Source: Chiloscyllium plagiosum (lineage: Eukaryota). Taken from it: a stretch of 20,000 bases of DNA. The position numbers were made by a program, and so were the translations under genes. Location of the stretch: contig NC_057718.1 in assembly GCF_004010195.1 (NCBI RefSeq), positions 45,174,007 through 45,194,006 of the forward strand, in the 5' to 3' direction. The notes beneath the pieces are model-generated. The model was not told where the DNA came from. It did no database searches and saw only the letters and a list, made by a program, of their open reading frames with translations. Positions 10,461 to 20,000 of the stretch are shown piece by piece. The number at the start of each line of letters is the position of its first letter. Positions within the stretch are counted from its first letter, which is position 1.

Positions 10461-11634
10461 CATTGATAAGACCACATAGTTAAATTTAAAACTGGCCAAT
10501 AATATGACAGCTTCGTGACTAATTTAAGGACTTAGCCAGTGAAATTTTCTCATTGTTATTGAAATCCGTTTTTCTCTGTAAAAATATGGACCATCCACTC
10601 TTGCACTGATAGCAAAACACTAACAGTTCGAAATGACTGTCAAATTGTGGAACAGAAAATTTAAATCATCATCCAGAAGCTGAAAATCATTAACTAAATC
10701 AAGTAAGGCACAATGTTAATATTAATTTCAAAAAGAATTAGGATTTCTGAACAAATACGTTGTGGCTGGCATAAAGATGAAGAAAGGTTGAAAAACATGT
10801 CAAGATGAATGACAGGAGTATATAGCAGTCCCAACACAAGATGATGTGGTCACTATGGATCATCATGAGGCCCTAGTGTATTTGAGTCAAGAGAAGACAA
10901 TGCTACATAAATAACACAAACATAAAAATGTTGACTTTGCATTACTATGTAGTACACCAGGAAACGAAAAAAGTACAAACGGTAACGTACTATAACCTGT
11001 AAAGAAAACATAAGAATTTCTTATATGCTCAATTAGTTGATTTACTCTAATTCAGGGCAATTAATTTAATGATTTTTAAAAATGCCATGGGATAATCAGA
11101 AAGATATAGATTTATAATCGGTGTAAAGATTAAATTGCAGAAAATATATATTATTTATCAAATAAAGGATTCTTAGGATTGGATGAACTCCTCTTCAATC
11201 TTTCGGAGTCTTCATTTAAACCCTGTTATAAATGTCTTCTACAAAATGAATTTGAGTAATCCACATCTTAGTGGATGCAAAGATATAGTACAAATTGATA
11301 CTAGTTTGGATGTAGTGAATACTTAACTGTGTGAAAGGTAAAAAGATTTACTCTTATGCAGTACAGAGATCAGTTCTAAAAGTTGAATTCAGGGTGCATT
11401 ACTTAGAATAAAGAATGTTAACTATAAGTAAGAAATTGAAGAACACTGCATCAAAGATTAGAATGATCAAAGTGAGATGGACAAATTGAGAAGTATATTT
11501 AGTGAAATGGGTATAATATTTGTTTGCACACTACTTGTGATCCTCATGCTTTATAGAATTATAAAATTGTTTATGAAAGCAATTTCTCTCAAAATGGTTA
11601 GTTATGAGTAATTACTTTTGGATCACTACAATAC

Positions 11635-11926
11635 CTTGATTTTGTAATTTCAGTTGGTCCTCCTGCTTAGAGGTGTCCACACTGTTATTAATCCAGCTTG
11701 TTGAGTGTGTAGTCTTTTGCAGTGATTTGGGACAATGCGTCAAGGGAGTTTCTTCTTGGTCCCATTGAAAATTCATGGCAATACCCTTCTTCATTGGGGT
11801 TTCTAGTGAATGAGAGGTTTGGTGACTTGGAGTTTGTTCTTGTTGCCATGGAAATACAAAAGAGGATCGCTGATGTGCCATATTCCGATGGCCAGTGGTG
11901 CTTTGAGGCTGCGTCTGGTTAGACAA
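11635..11926 (-). CDS. CENPF: CENPF internal coding exon (292 bp; probably equivalent to human exon 6)
   Basis: Minus strand ttcccatttttcAG|TTG TCT AAC CAG...CAA AAT CAA G|GTatt. Peptide LSNQTQPQSTTGHRNMAHQRSSFVFPWQQEQTPSH...EDQLKLQNQ resembles recalled human CENP-F (SQTLPQATMNHRDIARHQASSSVFSWQQEKTPSH...LLDQLKAQNQ). Ends in phase 1, compatible with the next exon. Confidence 0.92.
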
Positions 11927-12169
11927 CTGAAAAATGGGAAAAAAAATTCAATTCAGAAAGGAGTTCTCTAACAAGTGCTCTACTTTTAAATATGTTTGTT
12001 AATCTGAAACTGAGAACACTCCTATTGCTGTATGGATTTTAATTTATAGTCAGCATAGATATAAACCAGATTACAAAAGCAGGAAAGTGTATTCATTCAT
12101 TGTACAATCCAGGTCATCAGGAAAGTGTCTTGCTACATTAGAGATGAGAACTATCAAGAACTACCACAA

Positions 12170-12550
12170 TATTACTCAGCATTTATATGAAATTTCTAAA
12201 ATGGACTATATTGCAAAGTGCTTCAAAAAGGTATAACAAAAAAAATTGCCACCAAACCAAAGAAAATTAAGGGGGAGGAGCTAAAGCATTGTTAAAGAGC
12301 TGAATTTTAACAAGGATCCTAAAGGAGCATAGGGATGTGGAAAGGCTGAGAGCTCAGAGACAGAATTGCAGAGCATGGAGCCTAAGTATCTGAACACAGA
12401 GCTGCCAGTGGACGGAAAGGACAGGAGGTTTTCAAACTAGGTTTAGTAGAATGAACTGTAGAATCAATTGTATGATTGGCGTATCGTACAGAAATACAAT
12501 AGTTTAGCAATGAGGGCATTGAAAGATGAGAACAAACAAATATCCAATAT
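12170..12550 (-). mobile_element. Probable decayed L2-type LINE 3' remnant
   Basis: gcatttatat...aaagtgcttca...taaaggag...gaattgcagagcatggagcctaag pattern resembles recalled antisense L2 3' ends; strongly diverged. Confidence 0.45.
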
Positions 12551-13374
12551 AAATGTCCTATCTTGGTATTTTTTGCCGGATCCTGCAGGGTACTCACCTT
12601 ACTAATGTCTTTGTTGTGTCAGTCATTTGAACCATTTGACTTGGTCACTAGACCAATAATCATTACCACATTCTGCCAACACCTTGCCCCTGAGTGAAGC
12701 CTCCCCTCCAAACAAGGCTTTTGAGAAACTGCTTGCCAAATCACTACAGTGTTGGTGTGGCTTTTAACCACCAACTTATACTTTAGTCTCACTTCTCCTA
12801 CTCCATTGGCTCTATCCCCTGTTGAACAAGTCACCATTCCTCCCTTTAAAACCATGGTTTCTTCCCTCACTTTAAGCCCCAACAAATGTATCTCACTAAA
12901 TTATACTCCAAATTCCACCTTCCCATCCTCAAAAACTCATTACTGCTCCTCTGAATTCACTGCCTCCACCATCCCCACAGTCCATACAAAAGGTCTCTTT
13001 CATACAAGTCCTTCTACCCATTCTTACTGTCAGCCTCTTAAAATTACCCAGTGTCCATTTCCATCATCTCAAATTAATGTAGCATCTCCAAATGCTTCAT
13101 TGTCACTTTTGGCAGCCACAACCCTAACTCCATTACCGGGCCAACCTAAAATTACTGTCAGTGTTTCCAGTCAGCTGTGGATGCATGCAACTGCACACTC
13201 AGAGGGTCCTATGTAAGATGCTGTGGATGCAGTGTATACAAAATTGAAAAGTACCATGCATTAATACTAAGAAACCAAGTACAATGAAAACATTTAGAGG
13301 GAACATTGCTTTCAGCTGTATTTTTCATCTCAACTTTCTAGCTTTTGGCTCTCCAATTTCCCCAACACGCAATT

Positions 13375-15544
13375 GTTTTTTCTATTCATTCATGGGACAT
13401 GGGCATTTCTGGTTAGCCAGCATCCCTAATTGCCCTTGAGAAGGTGGTGCTGACCTGCCTTCTTGAACCACTGCAGTCTACATGCTGTAGGTTGAGCTAC
13501 AATGTCCTTACGGAGGGAATTCCGGGATTTTTACCTAGCAACAGTGAAAAATGGAGATATATTTCCAAGTCAGAATGTTCAGAGGCTTGGAGGGGAACTT
13601 CCAGGTGGTGGTATTCTCATTTATATGCAACGCTTGTCCTACTAAATGAAATCGCTTGTGGGATTGGAAAGTGCTGTCTAAGAAACATTGGTAAAGTTCT
13701 ACAGTCCATCTTGTAGATAGCACACACCGCTGTTAGCGAGCATCAGAAATTTATGCTTGTGGATGTGATGCCAATCATCAGGCTGTTTTGACCAGCATGG
13801 TGTCAAGCTATTTCAATGTTGTTGGAGCTGCACTCATCCAGGAAAGTGGGGAGTATAACTTCACATTTCTGGTAAATGATATACAGGCTTTGGAGAGACA
13901 GGATGCGAGTTATTCACTGCAGTATTACTCACTGTCCCGACCTGCTTTTGCAGCTGCTGTATTTATGTGGCAAGTCTAGTCGAGTTTCTAGTCAACAGTA
14001 ACAACAAAGTTGTTGATATTGGGGAGTCAGTGACGGTAACGCAACTGCATGTCAAGATGCAGTGATTGGATTATCTTTTATTGGAGATGGTCATTAGCAT
14101 TCATGTCACACAAAAGCACTGGTCAGCCCAAGCCTGGATATTGTTCAGATATTGTTGCTTTTGAACATGGACTGCTACAGTATCTGAAGAGTAACAAATG
14201 GTGCTGAAATTTATGCAATCAGCAATCATCGCATTTTCTGACTTTATAATGGTGGGAAGTCGCTGATGAAGCAGCTGAAAATGGTTTAGACCTAGGACAC
14301 TACCCCAAGGAATTCCTGCAAAGATGTCGTGGACCTGGGATGACTGACTTCCAACAATCACAATCATCTTCCCATGTGCCAGGTACGACTCAAACTAGTA
14401 CAGAGTTTCAGCAGATCAGAGCTGAAAATGTGTTGCTGGAAAAGCGCAGCAGGTCAGGCAGCATCCAGGGAACAGGAGAATCGACGTTTCGGGCATAAGC
14501 CCTTCTTCATGCCCGAAACGTCGATTCTCCTGTTCCCTGGATGCTGCCTGACCTGCTGCGCTTTTCCAGCAACACATTTTCAGCCCTAGTACAGAGTTTG
14601 CCTTCTGATAACCATCGATTCCAGTTTTGCTCGGTCTACTTGGATGCCATTCTGGGTCAAATGTGGGCTTGACATCAAGGATGGTTAATCTCATCTCACT
14701 TCTGGAATTCAGCTCTTTTAGACCATGTTTGAACCAAGGCTGTAATGAGGTCAGAAGCTGAGCGTCAAAAAACAGGTTATTGCTGAGTAGGTGTTGCTTG
14801 ATGGCACTGCTGATGACATCATTTTACGACGATTGAGAGTACACTAACCAGACAATGGTTGGCCAGGTTGATTATGCCCGGCTTTTTGCGTACAGCACAC
14901 ACCTAGGCAATTTTCCACAGTGTTAGGTAGATGCCAGTGTTGTATCTGTACTGGAAGAGCTTGGCTATGAGAGCAGTTCTGGAGCAGAAGTCTCCAGTAC
15001 TATTGCCCAAATCTCATCAGGGCCTCTGCTGTCTGGAATAATGTTGAGGACACCCAAGACAAATCCTTCCCAACTGTATACAACTGTGCCACCATCTCTG
15101 CTGGGTCTGTCCCGCCTGTGGGACAGAACATATCCAGGGGTAGTGGTGACTGGGACATTGTCTGTAAGGTATGATCCCATGCCAATTTAGTAAGGGGAAC
15201 TTTGCAGAGCAGACAGAGCTATTTCTGTCATTGTCTTTTCCAGTGGTCCTTCCGGGTTCAATCCGTCGTTGAGATTTTATAAAGATTGATACAACTGAGT
15301 GGTTTGCTAGGCAACTTCAGAGGGAAGTTGAGAGTCAACCGTATTCTAGTAATTCTGGAATGACATGTAATCCAGTCTAAGTGAGGGTGGCAGATTTCCT
15401 TGCCGGAAGGGAATTTTTCATGCTTTTCATGATCACCAATATATTAATTCCAACCTTTTCTTTACCGAATTCAAACCCAGATCCCCAGAACTTTAGCGGA
15501 GTTTCTGGATTAATAGTTTAGCAATAATAGGGCTATCGCCTCCG
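13375..15544 (-). mobile_element. Family A LINE retaining both ends, internally deleted, with SINE-like 5' region
   Basis: 3' tail at 13375-13445; RT remnants (AGIPWGSVLG, MIAD, IQAWAD in ORF 14101-14367); endonuclease fragment SYLTDNVP..PGYVLSHRRDRPSRDGGTVVYS (ORF 14965-15180) abutting GPDEIWAIVLETSAPEL; tRNA-like/Deu-like region 15288-15544. Confidence 0.82.
14409..14585. mobile_element. Family Y perfect fold-back insertion with 14-bp TSD
   Basis: 76-bp perfect inverted arms 14421-14496 / 14509-14584, 12-nt loop aagcccttcttc; exact flanking repeat ctagtacagagttt at 14395-14408 and 14586-14599. Confidence 0.96.
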
Positions 15545-16616
15545 TATACAATAATCAACATGTAGCCACTCTCTGGTGAGAGAAGCTAGCTAGGTGGCTT
15601 CAGAACACATGTGACAGGTGACCATCCCCCCACATTGAAAGATATTACCACAAGGTGCAAAGAACAATAGGAAAACTTGAGCTTTAACACCAAAGGAATC
15701 GGAGAGTTCAAAAGGTATATGAGAGAGAAATTGAAGACAGGTGTGAAAGGCTTTCTATAATAGGGTAGCAATGGCAGTTTGTAAAGGAACGAGGAGTGGT
15801 AGATAGGACACAGACTGCTTGAAATGACTGTTAACATGGAGATTATGAAGGAACATTGGATTGTCAGCAGCTAAATGGAAACAGGGTCAAAGGATCAATA
15901 GGTTTGATGCAACAAACTAGGTGAGGAAGACAGAATGAAAACTAGAGACAAGGTTTCAGGCTGCAAGCAGACAAGGGAGAGGAAAGCAGCAGATGGGCTT
16001 GAAGACAGTTTCAGACCTGGTCTAAGAAGTTCTTGATCTCCTAAACTTGTTAGGGATAAGGTAAGACTTATAACAGTTGATAGATGAAACATGAATTTAT
16101 TTTTAAAATTTGGAATGCCAGTGATTTTATAGTAACATATCAAACCTTGCCTTACTTTATTTTCCAGACAATTATATCTGTAATGATCAAACTCCATGCT
16201 TTTACAATTCCAGATGAAGATGCTACCTGTGAGAAGTGCTTGATTGGAGCTCATTAATAGAATTCATGACTATGGTGAAATTTGTGGCACAGGCAGGTGC
16301 AAAGTCTGGCAAGGTCTACCTTTGTTATTGGGAGCATCGTTTATGGGTAGGGCTTCATGGGGGGTGAACAGCAACAATTTTTCATTCCTGTCTAGCACAA
16401 AAGTAAACTGGGAAAGGTAGCCAAACTATGGTTTACCAGAGAAATTAGAGATAGTGTTAGATCCAATGAAGAAATATATAAATGGTCCAGAGAAAACAAA
16501 AATTTGAGGAATGGGAGCATGAATTTACAATAGGGAAGTTATACTTGACATCGTCAAAGAATTCCAGTAGATTTAGCTATTAGAATTGATGGAAGCGGAG
16601 AAAGTGGAGATCATTT

Positions 16617-16922
16617 GGGCGGCCCGGTGGCACAGTGGTTAGCACTGCTGCCTCACAGCGCCAGAGACCCGGGTTCAATTCCCGCCTCGGGCGACTGTCT
16701 GTGTGGAGTTTGCACGTTCTCCCAGTGTCTGCGTGGGTTTCCTCCGGGTGCTCCGGTTTCCTCCCACAATCCAAAGATGTGCAGGTAAGGTGAATTGGCC
16801 ATGCTAAATTGCCCGTAGTGTTAGGTAAGGGGTAAATGTAGGGGTATGGGTGGGTTGCGCTTCGGCGGGTCGGTGTGGACTTGTTGGGCCGAAGGGCCTG
16901 TTTCCACACTGTAATGTAAATG
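16617..16922 (+). mobile_element. HE1-type tRNA-derived V-SINE, young full-length copy
   Basis: Pol III A box tggcacagtgg (16628-16638), B box ggttcaattcc (16672-16682), V-domain gtgtggagtttgcacgttctcc..gtgtctgcgtgggtttcctccgggtgctccggtttcctcccaca, CR1-derived tail gggccgaagggcctgtttccacactgtaa; many CpGs retained. Confidence 0.93.
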
Positions 16923-16964
16923 TTTATTTGCAAATTTTACTCTTACACAAGACTGTGCAAAATT

Positions 16965-19405
16965 GTTTTTTTATTTATTCATTTTATGGGATGTGGGTAT
17001 CGCTGGCTGGCCAGCATTTATTGCCCACGCTTAGTTGCCCTTGAAAAGATGGTGGCGAGCTGCCTTCTTGAACCGCTGCAGTCCACCTACTGCAGGTTGA
17101 TCCACAATGCCATCATGGAGGGAATTCCAGGATTTTGAACCCAGTGACAGTGCAGGAATGGCAATGTATTCCCAAGTCAGATGGTGAGTGGCTTGGAGGG
17201 GAACTTGCAGATGATGGTGGAGTTCTCATACATCTACTGCTTTTGTCCATCTACATGGAAATGTTATGTGCTTAGAAGGTGGTATCTGAGGTTCCTTGGC
17301 AAATTTCTGCAGTGCATCTTGCAGATGGTATTCACTGGTGTTGTTGAGAGTTGGTGGTGCAGGGAATAGATGCGGTGCTAATCAAGCAGGCTGTTTTGTG
17401 CTGGATGGTGTCAAGCTTCTTGAGCATTGTCATGGCTCTCACTCCTGCCTTGTGCCTTATAGATGACAAGCTTTAGGGAGTCAGGAGGTGTGTTACTCGC
17501 CACAGTGTTCCTAATCTCTGACTTGCTCTTGTCGCCAATGCATTTATGTGGCGAGTCCAGTTTTGTTTCTCATCAATGATAACGCCCAGGGTGTTAAAGT
17601 AGGGGATTCAGAGATGGTAACACTATTGAATGTCAAAGGGCTCTTAGATCGTCTCTTGCTGGTGATGGTCAAACTCTGGCATTTGTGGTGTGGCACACAT
17701 GTTACTTGCCACTTGTCAGCCCAAGCCTGGATATTGTCCAGATCTTGTTGCATTTGGATACAGACTGCTTCAGTGTCTGAGGAGATGCGAATGGTGCTGA
17801 ACATTGTTCACTGATGATTGCACAACCCCACTTCTGAACCTTATAATAATGGGAAGGCCATTAATAAAAAGTAGCTGAAGAACTCCTGCAAAGATGTCCT
17901 GGAGCTGAAATGACTGACCTCCACCACCACAACCATCTTCCCATGTACCAGAAATGTTTTCCCCCGATATCTGTTCATTCCAGTTTTACTAGGGCTCAGT
18001 CATGCCACATTCAGTCGAATGTATCCTTGATGTCAAGGACTGTTATTTTCACTCCACCTTTGAAATATAGCTCTTTTGTCCATGTTTGAAAGAAAGCAGT
18101 TTTGAAGTCAGGAGCAGAGTAGCCCTAGCAGACCCTGGGGGTCACTGAGCACATTATTGCTGAGAAGGTGCTGTTCAATAGCACTGTTGATGGCACCTTC
18201 TTTCACTTTACTGGTGATCGACAGTAGACTGGTGGGGCTGTAATTGGCTGGTTTGTCCTGCTTTCTATGTACAGGACATACTAGGGAAAAATTCCACATT
18301 GTCAGGTAAATACCAGTTTTTTAACTGTACTGCAACAGCTTGGCTAGGGGAGCTGCAAGTTCTGGAGCACAAATCTTCAGCAGTAATGCCAGAATGTTGT
18401 CGGGGCCCGTAGCCTTTGCAGTATCCAGTACCTCCAAACATTTCTTGATATCACAGGGAGTGAACTGAATTGGCTGAAGACTGGTATCTGTAATGCTGAG
18501 GATCAATACAGGAGGCCAAGATGGATCATCTACTCAGCATTTTTTGGCTGTAGATTGCTACGAGATCTACACCCTTAACTTTTGCACTGACATACTGGGC
18601 TCTTCCATCATTGAGAACAGGTATATTTGTGGAGCCTCTTCCTTCAATGAGTTGTTTGATCATCCACTACCATTCACAACCAGATGTGGTACCACTGCAG
18701 AATTTAAATCTTATCTGCTGGTTGTGGGATCTCTTAGCTCTGTCCCTCACTTGCTGCTTATGCTGTTTGGCATGGAAGTGGTCCTATTTAGTGGCTTCAT
18801 CAGGTTGACACTTCATCTTCAGGTATATCTGGTGCTGCTCCTGGCATGCTCTCCTGCACTCGCCATTGATCCAGGGTTAATCCCCTCACTTGATGGTAAT
18901 AGTCGAGCGGGGGGATATACCAGGCCATGAGGTTACAGATTATATTGAAGTACAGTTCCACTGCTGTTGTTTGCCCAGAGAGCCTCATGGATGCCCCATC
19001 TTGAGTTGCTAAATCTGTTCAAAGTCTGTCCCATTTATTGTGCCTTCATTGTGCCACACAACACAATGAAGGCAGGACTTCATCTCCACAAGGAATGTGT
19101 GATACAGTCATAGACAGATGCATCTGCGCCTGGCAGATTCTTGACCTCATCCTTACCAATGCTTTTCCCTCTTGTTGGGTCCCTCACCACCTGCTGCAGA
19201 CCCAGTCGAGTAAGTATGTCATTTAGGATTCGACCAGGTCAAATGGTAGCACTGCTGGTAAGACACTCTTAGCGGTGGACAATAAAATCCCCCACCTGGA
19301 GTACATCTTGTGCCTTTGCCATCCTCAGTGCTTCTAAGTGTTGTTCAACATGGACTAGTGATTCATCAGTTGAGGGAGGAGGGTACGTGGTAATCAGCAG
19401 GTGGT
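16965..19405 (-). mobile_element. Family A LINE, ~2.4 kb, endonuclease to 3' tail, decayed
   Basis: Tail ...gccagcatttattgccc..ttagttgcccttga at ~17005-17045; minus-strand ORF pieces MQQDLDNIQAWADKWQV, PVHRKQDKPANYSPTSLLS, LDTAKATGPDNI..LLKICAPELAAPLAKL; EN LITTY.PP near 19375-19400. Confidence 0.92.
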
Positions 19406-19419
19406 ATCTTTACTCATCA

Positions 19420-19582
19420 TTAGAGTGGTCCTGGAAAAGCACAGCAGGTCAGGTAGCATCAGAGGAGCAGGAAAATCGACGTTTCAGGCAAAAGCCCTTC
19501 ATCAGCCCGTTTGCCTGAAACATCAATTTTCCTGCTCCTCAGATGCTATCAGACCAGCTGTGCTTTTCCAGCACCACTCTAA
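19420..19582. mobile_element. Family Y fold-back insertion, moderately diverged
   Basis: 73-bp imperfect inverted arms 19420-19492 / 19510-19582. Reverse complement of 19476-19505 is CTGATGA a gggc-tttt-gcct GAAA cg TC ga (hammerhead core intact, stem I 5' strand apparently lost). Confidence 0.88.
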
Positions 19583-19589
19583 CCTCATG

Positions 19590-20000
19590 TAAAGAGTAAA
19601 AGAGGGGGAGGTGTGGCATTGCTTGTCAAAGATAGTATTACAGCTGTGGAAAGGATGATGGATGAAGACTCGCCATCTGAGGTTAGGAATAGGAAAGGTG
19701 AGCTCACCCTGTTAGGAGTCTTTTACAGGCCTCCTAATAGTCCTAGAATCGTAGAAGAAAGGATTGCGAGGATGATTCAAGAGAAGAGTGAAAGTAATAG
19801 GGTGGTTGTTATGGGGGACTTTAACTTTCCTGATATTGATTGGGAAAGCTATAGCTCAAGTTCGTTAGATAGGTCAGTATTTGTCCAATGAGTGCAGGAG
19901 GGTTTCCTGACACAATACGTAGATAGGCCGACAAGAGGTGAGGCCATACTGGATTTGGTTCTGGGTAACAAACCAGGCCAGGTGTTAGAATTAGAAGTAG
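19590..20000 (+). mobile_element. CR1 (HER1-like) LINE ORF2 endonuclease fragment, 5'-truncated, runs off window
   Basis: GGGVALLVK...LLGVFYRPPNS...VVMGDFNFPDIDW...(stop)...FLTQYVDRPTRGEAILDLVLGN: APE endonuclease motifs. Confidence 0.93.

Noticed and set aside
11180..11220. Minus strand atgaagactccgaaag, hammerhead-like, and peptide RLRKIEEEF as possible extra exon
   Set aside because: Lacks CUG core and stem II; no convincing splice sites, and flanking exons already join in frame.
12749..13216. 155-aa Ser/Thr/Pro-rich ORF
   Set aside because: Composition-driven (C/T-rich), no recognisable motifs, no ATG start, antisense within a presumed intron.
14374..14694. Two opposite-strand ORFs encoding nearly identical peptides (LKMCCWKSAAGQAASREQENRRFGH...)
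   Set aside because: Artefact of the perfect inverted repeat; not a gene.
15560..16560. Purine-rich stretch possibly made of old LINE remnants
   Set aside because: Too diverged to assign a family or boundaries by eye.
16617..16690. tRNA-like sequence with A and B boxes
   Set aside because: Head of the SINE; continues into V-domain and LINE tail, so not a tRNA gene.
17811..17817. CTGATGA (also at 5823 and 3960) as hammerhead core
   Set aside because: No stem II-GAAA downstream; 5823 and 17811 are RT x-D-D codons.

Overview
Vertebrate (almost certainly elasmobranch/shark, from the HE1-type V-SINE and the CR1 families) genomic DNA. Three coding exons of a minus-strand CENPF (centromere protein F) orthologue (11635-11926, 8968-9170, 4490-4615) splice in frame; everything else appears to be intron filled with retroelements: a decayed Penelope-like element (RT + GIY-YIG, 1-~2640) ending in a hammerhead ribozyme, several CR1-type LINE fragments, one young HE1 SINE and an L2-like remnant. 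The most striking pattern is a set of short non-coding insertions built around minimal hammerhead ribozyme motifs (CUGANGA...GAAA). Several are fold-back hairpins with arms of about 70 bp (76 bp perfect in one), three insertions carry 13-14 bp target-site duplications, and in three hairpins the second arm restarts in the loop of hammerhead stem II. A LINE copy whose 5' end looks like a tRNA-headed Deu-domain SINE is also notable. All homology calls are from recall and pattern recognition, not database searches.
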